IMG/VR virus record: IMGVR_UViG_3300020049_001894
Direction: 5' to 3' (one strand)
Source: an uncultured virus (IMG/VR IMGVR_UViG_3300020049_001894)
Lineage: Duplodnaviria > Heunggongvirae > Uroviricota > Caudoviricetes
Length of the DNA stretch: 64,000 nucleotides
Every line of letters begins with the position of its first letter. The first letter of the stretch is position 1. A program made the translations under genes and the position numbers. Under the pieces are notes generated by a model. That model saw nothing but the letters and a program-made list of their open reading frames with translations. It made no database searches and was not told the origin of the DNA. This document shows positions 1-7,751 of this stretch, piece after piece.

Positions 1-221
1 ACAGGGAATCAAAGCTGTACACGCCATGTGTGCACATCTCCCCTACGGATCGGGCCATGCAAATCGTTGCAGGGCGTGACATGACTGATGACGACATGGA
101 CACAGAAATTGCATTCCCAGAATTCCAAGGATGGGACATTGCCGTGTCGGATTGCAACCGATACACCCTGAGCGTGTGCTTCACAAAACGGGCTGGTACA
201 AATATAGGAGATAAGCAGTGA
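1..221 (+). CDS. Hypothetical protein, 5'-truncated by the window edge; near-identical to 59578..59973
   Basis: Translation matches the C-terminal part of ORF 59578..59973. Confidence 0.75.
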   Translation, partial: RESKLYTPCVHISPTDRAMQIVAGRDMTDDDMDTEIAFPEFQGWDIAVSDCNRYTLSVCFTKRAGTNIGDKQ

Positions 222-310
222 GCAAGCAATCGAACGCCAAAGAAGCCCAGCAATATGTGGCAAAAGCACCCCCGCAAACGTGCGGGGTGTGCAGGAATTG
301 CGTGCCCGTG
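1..310 (+). repeat. Long direct repeat, copy 1 (copy 2 at 59753-60062)
   Basis: 1-130 identical to 59753-59882; about 16 mismatches in 131-226; identical again 227-310. Confidence 0.95.
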
Positions 311-340
311 CTGTGGGAGGCATTCGGAGAAATCACATGA
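218..340 (+). pseudogene. Truncated (40 aa) copy of the Cys-rich ORF 59970..60221
   Basis: GTG start; first 31 codons match MSKQSNAKEAQQYVAKAPPQTCGVCRNCVPV, then unrelated sequence from 311. Confidence 0.65.
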
Positions 341-681
341 CAACTAAAACAACTGGTGCTGAGTGGTCTGCTTTCTACGCTGACAAAAGCGCATGGCCGG
401 ATCATGCATGGCATGAAGAGGAGACAGTGACTGTAGATGGCGCTGAGGTCGATAACCTAGAGTTTGACCCGGCGAATCTGCCGCCGAACGCAAGGGTCAC
501 AGTCTCGGGGGGCGTAGTATTTTTGAATGAGGAATCGACCAACGGCCCGACGCTAGAGGCGTATTTCAAAAGCTGGCGCAAGAAACAAAACACAGTCTTT
601 ATGACGGTGGAAGTGCGCAGGGCCGATGCCGAAAAAGTGCAGGCGGCTATCACTGCCGCTGGTGGCAAGTGGACGGCATGA
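337..681 (+). CDS. Hypothetical phage protein (114 aa)
   Basis: GGAGA RBS then ATG at 337, overlapping the upstream TGA. Confidence 0.75.
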   Translation: MTTKTTGAEWSAFYADKSAWPDHAWHEEETVTVDGAEVDNLEFDPANLPPNARVTVSGGVVFLNEESTNGPTLEAYFKSWRKKQNTVFMTVEVRRADAEKVQAAITAAGGKWTA

Positions 682-691
682 CCTGTTAGGG
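680..691 (-). repeat. Remnant right half of an attC-like site (GACCT-GTTAGGG)
   Basis: Same GACCTGTTA end as sites 57119 and 58269; no left arm. Confidence 0.5.
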
Positions 692-711
692 TGCAACACA
701 AAGAGGTAAAA

Positions 712-945
712 ATGGCAAAAGGAATTAAGCAGCGCATCAAGGCTGCACTCAAGAATGTGGATAGAGAAATTACCGGGAACGCATCGCTCAGCAGATATGG
801 CGCAGCCATGTCAGGAGAAGGATACGCGGGCGGGTACAGACAGGCGCTTTACGATGTGCTGGTGCTACTTGATGGACATTGGGAGCCGGACACACGCGGA
901 TACTGGGAGAAAAAGTCATCTAACGCAAAGCTGCCCAGCGCGTAG
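712..945 (+). CDS. Cassette-borne hypothetical protein
   Basis: GAGG RBS; C-terminus SNAKLPSA encoded inside attC-like site 918. Confidence 0.75.
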   Translation: MAKGIKQRIKAALKNVDREITGNASLSRYGAAMSGEGYAGGYRQALYDVLVLLDGHWEPDTRGYWEKKSSNAKLPSA

Positions 946-971
946 CGTCTGCGCCGAGCGTTGAGTTAAAC
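918..971 (-). repeat. attC-like site (54 bp)
   Basis: ATCTAAC GCAAA GCTGCCCAGCGC GTA GCG T CTGCGCC G AGC GTTGA GTTAAAC. Confidence 0.8.
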
Positions 972-988
972 AGAACTTGGAGAAGACT

Positions 989-1240
989 ATGAGGCTAGTA
1001 AAACTTGAAATTGAGCTTGTGCAGTACGGCGAGGATAAGGGTCAATACAAGGGCGTGGCCCGATTCGACGGAAGCACAGGGAACATCGCGCTAAAACTGA
1101 ACCAGCACCACTGTGAGCAGATGTTTTTGACATGCGCCGAAGGCATCGTTGATGTTGCCAAAGCTGCGGCCAGGATGTTTGTGGCCGAGGCGATGGGCAC
1201 GATTGAAGAAGTGAAGACGAAGCAGCTGAGTACGGTTTAA
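989..1240 (+). CDS. Cassette-borne hypothetical protein
   Basis: GGAGA RBS; stop is the TAA of the GTTTAAC box. Confidence 0.8.
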   Translation: MRLVKLEIELVQYGEDKGQYKGVARFDGSTGNIALKLNQHHCEQMFLTCAEGIVDVAKAAARMFVAEAMGTIEEVKTKQLSTV

Positions 1241-1286
1241 CGCCGAATTGTGCGGCGGTACGTCCGCCACGAATGCCGTGTTAAAC
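1235..1286 (-). repeat. attC-like site (52 bp)
   Basis: GTTTAAC GCCGA ATTGTGCGGCGG TACG T CCGCCAC G AAT GCCGT GTTAAAC. Confidence 0.85.
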
Positions 1287-1310
1287 GGCAAAACTTAACC
1301 GGAGAAAGCG

Positions 1311-1670
1311 ATGTTGAAGGGCTGCGAATACATAGACCTGTTGTTTGACGAACCAAAAGACCACCCCTATTACGTGACGGGGCATGTGCAAAAAGACGAA
1401 GCGCAGCACGTACTGGACAGCAACGAGTGCGAGATGAACATTAAGTCCATAAAGCACCGGTACGGGCGACTTGTGCGCGTTGGCCCTGACCACCCCGATG
1501 CAATAGACGGGCTTGAGTCCATTTTCCGCGTGATCGACACGCCACGGCGCAGCTACTACGCGGTGACAGAGTGCGAGCCTCTTTTGCCATTTAACGCAGA
1601 GTCGAACGGTGCGAAGCATCCGACTCGGACGCCCGGTTATCTGGCTGGAACACAAACAGGAGAAGGATGA
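1311..1670 (+). CDS. Cassette-borne hypothetical protein
   Basis: GGAGA RBS; reads through the whole attC-like site 1589. Confidence 0.75.
   Translation: MLKGCEYIDLLFDEPKDHPYYVTGHVQKDEAQHVLDSNECEMNIKSIKHRYGRLVRVGPDHPDAIDGLESIFRVIDTPRRSYYAVTECEPLLPFNAESNGAKHPTRTPGYLAGTQTGEG
1589..1642 (-). repeat. attC-like site (54 bp)
   Basis: ATTTAAC GCAGA GTCGAACGG TGC GAA GCA T CCGACTC G GAC GCCCG GTTATCT. Confidence 0.85.
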
Positions 1671-1912
1671 TGAAAGCACCAATCACGTCTGCGCAAGCCA
1701 TGTCGCACCCAACTGTTGTTGAAACAATAAACGCGCTCGGAGCGATTGCAGATGAGCAGCGGGAGCATAAAGAGCGGCTTCGGGGCCTGCTGTTTGAAGT
1801 TGCTGCGAATTACACGCGGGATGATGACTTGCCGAACGACTTGCTACCTCGAATTGACGCGGCGCTGGCCCTGCCATTTAACGCAATATATCCCGCAAAA
1901 CCTGCAAATTAA
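1667..1912 (+). CDS. Cassette-borne hypothetical protein
   Basis: AGGAG RBS; C-terminus FNAIYPAKPAN encoded in the attI-like site. Confidence 0.75.
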   Translation: MMKAPITSAQAMSHPTVVETINALGAIADEQREHKERLRGLLFEVAANYTRDDDLPNDLLPRIDAALALPFNAIYPAKPAN

Positions 1913-2004
1913 TGTGGCAGCTTGCGACATTAAAACAGCCTCTAGCCCTCGTAAACACTAGCTTTGTTGCTCATCTAAAAATAGCATGAAAGGATGCGGA
2001 AATG
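1876..2004 (-). promoter_or_regulatory. attI-like site plus conserved ~125 bp block, copy 1 (copy 2 at 59452-59580)
   Basis: Minus strand GGGATAT-ATTGC-GTTAAAT (box, 5 nt, GTTRRRY) with no hairpin partner; colinear and gap-free with copy 2. Confidence 0.6.
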
Positions 2005-2289
2005 ACACCCAGACAACGAGAAATCCTTGAGACCATGCGCTACGGTCCGACGACTGCGATGGAGGTTGCCCTTGCTACCGGCAGAGAGCACCGGACAGTT
2101 GGCAACCTCTTTACGCAGGTCCACAGGGCTGGATGGACTGAACGCTGCGAGCGCAAGAACGGCAACCTGTACGAGTACGTCTACGAGTTGTCAGATGCTG
2201 GGCGCAAAGAAATCGGGCCGGGTCCAGATGGGAACAATCCGTTCCTGTGGCGAACGTACAAGCAACCTGTGGCTATGGGGGCACTTTGA
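2002..2289 (+). CDS. Winged helix-turn-helix DNA-binding protein; paralog of 60566..60862
   Basis: MTPRQREILETM...TAMEVALATG HTH-like pattern, wing YEYVYELSDAG. Confidence 0.7.
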   Translation: MTPRQREILETMRYGPTTAMEVALATGREHRTVGNLFTQVHRAGWTERCERKNGNLYEYVYELSDAGRKEIGPGPDGNNPFLWRTYKQPVAMGAL

Positions 2290-2435
2290 GCTGGCTACTT
2301 GCTGTTTTTGCAAAGCCATTTGTCGCCACAGGGGTTACCTACGCTCTGAGCCGTGTTCGAGCAGTCGTGTCAAAACGATTACCCTCGTCACGACTAAAAC
2401 GACTTCTGCTATTGTCCGTTTTCAAGCGCAAGTAG
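2286..2435 (+). CDS. Small hydrophobic/basic protein
   Basis: TTG start overlapping the upstream TGA; SWLLAVFAKPFVATGVTYAL...RLKRLLL. Confidence 0.5.
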   Translation: MSWLLAVFAKPFVATGVTYALSRVRAVVSKRLPSSRLKRLLLLSVFKRK

Positions 2436-4175
2436 GCCAGGAAGCATCATGTATTTTTCGGCTTCCGCCGCATATCTATTCACAGCTGGGCGAGCATTTG
2501 CCAACCGCATCAAATCGGCCCCGCGCCCAGCTGGGTCAGTCATTGCTTCGGCCAGCGCTCCAAGAACCTTGGGTTCTGCAGACTTCATCACAAACTCGTA
2601 GGGTCGAGTCAGATAGCTAGCCAATGCCCCTTGCGCGAACGACCCAGGCGCTCCAAGCGGCCCCAGCGTGCGTTGTAGCAGGTTCTGACCAAGCATGTTC
2701 TGCATAGTAGGCGACCCGACGGCACGTCCGGCCATTTGTGCATTTTCCTTGCGCGCTAAATCGCGAGCGACGCTTTCAAGCACATTCAAATCCCCGCGCG
2801 GCATGACATCAGACAACCCTCTATCTTGACCGGTTGCTTTTTTGATAGATTCGAGGGCCTTGGACAACTCTGCCATGTAGGTTGCGCCCATCTCCTTACC
2901 ACTGCCCCACTCGGCATTCTTGTAGAGTCTACTTTGCAAATCCGCTGCAACGTCCGAGGCATTAACTTGGCGCGACATTGCTGCGTAGTTGTCATTTGCT
3001 GCTTTGTAAGCCGGAGCGAGCTGCTCCATTGTGTTCATTAAGTCGGCTTTGGTCTGCACTAATGCTCGCAACTTGTCTTTGCCGATGCTGCTAGCCCCAC
3101 TTGTCGCAGCGCTTATCTGATTGTCCAACCCTTTCTTAAGCCAGTCCAACCCCTCGATTGACCCAAAGTTAGTCAATGCAATGTCTTGCTCAGCCGCTAG
3201 ATCAGTCGCAACCTGCTTTGCGTCCTGAATTGACGGACGGCGCAAAAGACTTTCAATCTGCGGCTGCAACGCTTTGGCCATGTCGGGGTCAACCCCCTGC
3301 GCAACCGCCTTAGCGTAGTCTTCATTTGCAAACACACGCCGACCTTCACGGACAGCAGTGCGATGCTCAGGAGTTCCAGCAACCTCAGCGATGGCGGCGC
3401 GGCGTGCGTCACCTTGCTGGCGGTATGCGCGAGCTATTGGCCCCTGCGCTTCCGGATTGTTGTAGAGAGTGCGTTCGAGTTGAGCTAGTCCGGGGTCGTC
3501 TGCGATTTGACCGATTGTGGGGTTAGACCCTTTTACCAGCGCCCGACCCTTAGCCATATTCTGTGCAGCTTGCACGGGATCGGTTGCACTCGCGGCAAAC
3601 AGCTCTGCTGCAATTTGCCGTTGGCCCTTTTCAGTCAAAGGGCGCACTAGCCCGGTGCCCATCTGATAAGTCGCCCCTGCAAGCCGTCCGAGTGCGAGCC
3701 CTGCAGGGCCTGCCGCGCCACCCATCCCTGTATTTGTTAACGTCTCGCTGGTGCTGGCGCTGGGTTGCATCAATCCGGTTCCCGCCCCGATTAGCGCCGC
3801 GCCTTTCATCGTATTGGCGCCCGGCACAAACGCCAATGGTAACGTGGTGACAACATTACCCGCAAATTCACCAATCTTGGCAGGGGTGTGTTTCATCAAG
3901 TCTGCGTCCAACCTGCGCGACTCTGCGACATCTGTCCTGTCAACCAGCCCCACCATTTGCCCAGCGCCGCGTGCTGTGTCTGAAAACGCCTTTCCCACCC
4001 CCGCCAATACCTTTTGCGTTGTAGACATGCCTTCAGTCGGGTCTGGACGCGCAGCGGTCGCCATCAGTCTGCGCACGTCATACCCATTAGCCGACAATTT
4101 AGCCAACAATTCCGCACGCGTAGTGTCGTCCGGCACACCCTCAAGCACCGTCCCATCAGGCAAAGTCACATTCAT
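2409..4175 (-). CDS. Internal virion / DNA ejection protein
   Basis: Ala/Gly-rich helical protein starting MNVTLPDG, last gene of the virion operon. Confidence 0.6.
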   Translation of the reverse strand: MNVTLPDGTVLEGVPDDTTRAELLAKLSANGYDVRRLMATAARPDPTEGMSTTQKVLAGVGKAFSDTARGAGQMVGLVDRTDVAESRRLDADLMKHTPAKIGEFAGNVVTTLPLAFVPGANTMKGAALIGAGTGLMQPSASTSETLTNTGMGGAAGPAGLALGRLAGATYQMGTGLVRPLTEKGQRQIAAELFAASATDPVQAAQNMAKGRALVKGSNPTIGQIADDPGLAQLERTLYNNPEAQGPIARAYRQQGDARRAAIAEVAGTPEHRTAVREGRRVFANEDYAKAVAQGVDPDMAKALQPQIESLLRRPSIQDAKQVATDLAAEQDIALTNFGSIEGLDWLKKGLDNQISAATSGASSIGKDKLRALVQTKADLMNTMEQLAPAYKAANDNYAAMSRQVNASDVAADLQSRLYKNAEWGSGKEMGATYMAELSKALESIKKATGQDRGLSDVMPRGDLNVLESVARDLARKENAQMAGRAVGSPTMQNMLGQNLLQRTLGPLGAPGSFAQGALASYLTRPYEFVMKSAEPKVLGALAEAMTDPAGRGADLMRLANARPAVNRYAAEAEKYMMLPGLLALENGQ

Positions 4176-5512
4176 TTCAAGTCCCCCCATGAAACAGACT
4201 TAGTGCCACTTTGCGGCTGAGGCTCTACCCCTTGCGTCAAATACGAGCCGTCACGTATTGCTTGCGCTTTCTTAGCGGCGTACCCTGCACGGGTTTGTGC
4301 TGCTGCAATGGCTCGCTCTATGATTTGCCTGCGCTGAGCGGGGGTCTTGTCTGCTGAGGCTTGAATGTCCATTAATATCTTGCGCTCGCCTTCCGTCGGT
4401 GCCGCGCCGAATGTGGACTTGAGGCTTTCCAGGGCTTGCCCCGTCATGATGTTGTCGAGGTTGATTGTGGCGTCTGCCTCCGGGCTTTGCCCTGGCAAGT
4501 TGCTGCGCAGAACAGCTCGGGGTTTTGCACCGTAACCGCTGTATGCCACGTCGTTCAACTCTAACGCTTTGCCGAGCAACCCGGTCACGACCTTGCCTGA
4601 CTGCACTGCGTCGTCGCTTTCCAACAGCTCTTTTTGCATTGCTGGGGGCATTGACGTTTGCAGAGTCTTTGTTTTTACAGGCGCATTGTCAGCCCCTAGG
4701 ACGGGGCGAGCCCTGCCGGACTTGTCCACAATAAGCTGCGTGCCGTCAGCGCCTACAATGTAGTGCGGTGCAGGCTCAGGTCTGTTTTCACGCGCTGACA
4801 TTGCCATCGCCTCTCGGCTAGCCCGGTCCGCAGCTGCTCGTTCATTCATCGCCGCCTGATTCTGCGCAGCCAAGTCCATGCGCCCCTGCTGTGCTTGCTG
4901 TGCCGCGAGTCTCTGCGCAATAAGTGCTTGCTGCTGTGCTTCCATACGGTAAGCTGCTTGTTCTTCGCGGGTCTGCTGGGCAGCAATCTGCTGCATGATG
5001 AGCGGCGTGTACTGAGCGCGCAGCTTCTGCTGGTTGTCCTTTTCCTGCATCATGGCACTGGCCACGTTATGCATGGTTTCACCAAACGAACCTGTGCGAG
5101 TCGGCATTGTGAGGGCCGCAGCCAGTGCCAAGTACCTACGGCTGGAGTCGTCTTTGGGAACGTGTCGCTGGAGCATCTCTTCAAAATCCAACGGGCGCGG
5201 GCGCGTAGGCGCTTCGCGCCCCATTACTGCGCTCAAGGCACCCGACTTCGGCTCCGCCGCTGGGCGCTCCGGCATAACGTCGGCCACGGTCAGTGGCCCA
5301 ACTGTGCCGTTGTACGCAGGCATGTCATCTTTGAACACAGTCCCTTGTACGGCACGCGGAATGCCTTCACCCGGCGACATGCTAAAGGAAAACGGGGTCG
5401 CCCCGTTGTCAGCAGATCCATTGGTCATCATGTCTTGATTGATGAGGTCTTGGATGTGCTGTGGCAGCATCTTAAACTGCGATGAGGTTTCGACACTTTT
5501 TGCCATGTTCAT
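4172..5512 (-). CDS. Internal virion / DNA ejection protein
   Basis: Gln/Ala-rich coiled coil; ends SWGDLK; position in operon. Confidence 0.6.
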   Translation of the reverse strand: MNMAKSVETSSQFKMLPQHIQDLINQDMMTNGSADNGATPFSFSMSPGEGIPRAVQGTVFKDDMPAYNGTVGPLTVADVMPERPAAEPKSGALSAVMGREAPTRPRPLDFEEMLQRHVPKDDSSRRYLALAAALTMPTRTGSFGETMHNVASAMMQEKDNQQKLRAQYTPLIMQQIAAQQTREEQAAYRMEAQQQALIAQRLAAQQAQQGRMDLAAQNQAAMNERAAADRASREAMAMSARENRPEPAPHYIVGADGTQLIVDKSGRARPVLGADNAPVKTKTLQTSMPPAMQKELLESDDAVQSGKVVTGLLGKALELNDVAYSGYGAKPRAVLRSNLPGQSPEADATINLDNIMTGQALESLKSTFGAAPTEGERKILMDIQASADKTPAQRRQIIERAIAAAQTRAGYAAKKAQAIRDGSYLTQGVEPQPQSGTKSVSWGDLK

Positions 5513-6630
5513 TGCCCCAGTAAGGACGCGCCAGTGAGTAGCCCCGCGCCCAGTTGTTGCAAGCCGTTTGCCTGAACCGCCCCTGCGCCGCTAGACGCCG
5601 TGGCTGTGGTCCCTGGTAGGCGAATACCGTTAATGATGCTCGCAGCGTTACCCAATTGCTTCCATGGATCATCTCGCGCGGCCTGCGCATTGGCGTAAGC
5701 TGCGGCAAGCGCGGCCTGTTGATGCTCCTGCTGGAGCTTGCCGATATTGAGCAGCGATTGTGCGTCGGAGTTTGCCAGCTCTTGGTGCGTCTTGGACAAC
5801 GCGCCGAGCGAGTCAATTCCGGTGCGCATAGTGTTGGCAGCAGTGGTTGCGCCTTGTAGCGCAGTGTTTGCTTGCAATTGACCCTGCTGCTGGACACGAT
5901 TCGCATCACCAGACAGGGCGCTATGCATGAGCTGCCCACCTTGCAACGCCGCATTGCTTTGGAGCTGCTGTTGCTGTTGGGAGCGGTTGGCATCTTGCCC
6001 AAAAATCTGTGCACTCGCGTTGTAACCAGCTTGCAATGCGCCGGACTGCTGTCCCGTAATGTCATTGGCTGCGTTCACCCCGGCACGGCTCAGAATGTCT
6101 GCGTTACGCGTGGACCCAAATTGACCGGAGCCAATCATGCTAGAGTTCACCCCTGGCATGATTGTGTTTTCCCAATTACGCTGCCCCAACCGTGCGATGT
6201 TGTCTACCACCTGCTGGGTGTAGGGGTTCATGTACTTGTTGGCGTTGGCAGTCCACTCCTGAGACTGCCCAGCCATTGCGTCCTGCGCGCCTTGCGCCCA
6301 CGGCTGTACGGACGATGCGGTTTCCATGGCGGGGCCACCAACCGCCCCCTGCGCATAGTCTACGAACTTTGCCGCAGTTGGGGCAATCTGATTAGCCAAC
6401 CCCGTTGCCTGATTGATGTTCTCTTTCCACAGGCCCTGATTCTTGCGGACATTCTCAAACGCGCTAGTTTGATCCGAGTTGAACCCTGCAACGCTCTGCG
6501 CAGGCAGGGGTTGCTGGTTGTTGGTCTGCGCGATGTTCATCGCCTGCGTGCCCAGGTTCTGGGTGTAGGCTTGGTACCATGCAGGCAGGTCTGTTGTGGT
6601 TACGCTCAGATTTGCAGTGGGGGTTGCCAT
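5509..6630 (-). CDS. Internal virion / DNA pilot-like protein
   Basis: LPAWY, YMNPY, GQFGSTR motifs, Gln-rich, hydrophobic C-terminus. Confidence 0.6.
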   Translation of the reverse strand: MATPTANLSVTTTDLPAWYQAYTQNLGTQAMNIAQTNNQQPLPAQSVAGFNSDQTSAFENVRKNQGLWKENINQATGLANQIAPTAAKFVDYAQGAVGGPAMETASSVQPWAQGAQDAMAGQSQEWTANANKYMNPYTQQVVDNIARLGQRNWENTIMPGVNSSMIGSGQFGSTRNADILSRAGVNAANDITGQQSGALQAGYNASAQIFGQDANRSQQQQQLQSNAALQGGQLMHSALSGDANRVQQQGQLQANTALQGATTAANTMRTGIDSLGALSKTHQELANSDAQSLLNIGKLQQEHQQAALAAAYANAQAARDDPWKQLGNAASIINGIRLPGTTATASSGAGAVQANGLQQLGAGLLTGASLLGQ

Positions 6631-6633
6631 AGC

Positions 6634-7503
6634 TTAGGCTCCTTGAATGTAGGACAGCGGGCCTTGTGCTGGCGGTGGAATCTCGCCCAGCGGGGCCGAA
6701 CGCTTCTGGGCGCGAAGTTGCTCGCGCAGTTCATCGAGTTTGGCAATTCCAGCTTCTGTATTGCCATCGCCCAGCGCAGACACAGACTCGGCGTCAAAGA
6801 CGTATTCACCTGGGGACACATTGATATTGATGAGGTCAGATTGACCGCCATCTGCACCGCGTACTCCGCCAGCAAAAGCAGATGCCAGTGCGCCCTCCAT
6901 ATCACCTTCAATCTCGCCGCCATCAGCGTAGTTCTTTCCAGGGGTGACGGGCGAAGGCATGTCTGCTGCGTAGATGCGTTGCAAGTCAGTGCCTGTTTGC
7001 ATGGGCCGACGCCCAAAAGCCAGTTCGGCCTCGGTCCACATGGGCGCGGTGTTGCTCTTAGGCATCATGGCCATGAGTTCTTCCATGGTGGCTTGCCGCT
7101 GTGGGGTCTGCGTCATTGCTCCGACCGTGCCGATTGCGGTGCCTGCAAGTCCGAGTATCTTTTCCCAGTCGTAATCACCGTTGGGTTTTTTGACGCCTAG
7201 GGCGCTGGCTATTTGTGCCAGCATTGACGGGCCTTCAATATCAGACCCAGGAGATATATTACCGAGTCCATATTCACTAGGATTTTGCGCCATGCCAATA
7301 AGGCGATTGGTTTCCGCATCCGATTGGTTTTCGTCGGATTGGAGTCCTGATATGCCAGGATAATGAGCACCTTCATGCGAGTAATTCTCGTCATCTGCGC
7401 CCACCGCCTCGATACTACCCCCCTCGTTGGAGTAGTCCTCGTCAAAGTACCCGTCGACCGGGTTGCCCTCATCGTCCCATTCAGTTACTACATAGTCTGC
7501 CAT
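6634..7503 (-). CDS. Putative virion protein
   Basis: Acidic N-terminus; YADGG and DGGQSD..SPGEYVFDA..VSALGDG motifs. Confidence 0.55.
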   Translation of the reverse strand: MADYVVTEWDDEGNPVDGYFDEDYSNEGGSIEAVGADDENYSHEGAHYPGISGLQSDENQSDAETNRLIGMAQNPSEYGLGNISPGSDIEGPSMLAQIASALGVKKPNGDYDWEKILGLAGTAIGTVGAMTQTPQRQATMEELMAMMPKSNTAPMWTEAELAFGRRPMQTGTDLQRIYAADMPSPVTPGKNYADGGEIEGDMEGALASAFAGGVRGADGGQSDLININVSPGEYVFDAESVSALGDGNTEAGIAKLDELREQLRAQKRSAPLGEIPPPAQGPLSYIQGA

Positions 7504-7508
7504 AATTG

Positions 7509-7751
7509 TTACCTCACTGAGCCGATGAATTGATTGGCCCACTCCTGCCAGGTGCTGAACCCTTCTGCGGACGGGATGTTCATTTCGACAAGTTCAGGCA
7601 CATAGAACAGCGCGCACACCCAAGTCTTCCAACTGTCACTATTATAAGGGGCGCTCACTCCAAACTGGGCCAATTGTTCGGCGACAAGCGCGCCCCATTG
7701 GGTGAAGTCAAGCCCCTCTACCTGCGGCAAGAACGCTGCGTTTTTAATCAC
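7509..7751 (-). CDS. Small Trp-rich tail-region protein
   Basis: ORF coupled to the upstream tail gene. Confidence 0.6.
   Translation of the reverse strand: MIKNAAFLPQVEGLDFTQWGALVAEQLAQFGVSAPYNSDSWKTWVCALFYVPELVEMNIPSAEGFSTWQEWANQFIGSVR

Larger units (their letters stand above)
680..2001 (-). mobile_element. Integron-like cassette array A: 3 attC-like sites, 1 half-site, attI-like end, no intI
   Basis: Hairpins at 918, 1235 and 1589 each separate single small ORFs; attI-like site at 1876-1894. Confidence 0.8.

Noticed and set aside
1..310. Simple terminal direct repeat, or a diversity-generating retroelement TR/VR pair with 59753-60062
   Set aside because: Copies diverge after 130 bp and continue into different genes; mismatches are mostly synonymous and not adenine-specific; no reverse transcriptase seen.
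918..1642. Hairpins as Rho-independent terminators
   Set aside because: No U-tracts; conserved bulges, TAAC/GTTA ends and cross-cassette complementarity are not terminator features.
1921..1940. LexA box beside the attI-like sites
   Set aside because: Only a CTGT half-site on the minus strand; no CTGT-N8-ACAG in either copy.
5872..7200. Long plus-strand ORFs opposite virion genes (also 10543..11430, 18971..19654, 28971..29672)
   Set aside because: Antisense shadows of well-supported minus-strand genes; no recognisable motifs.
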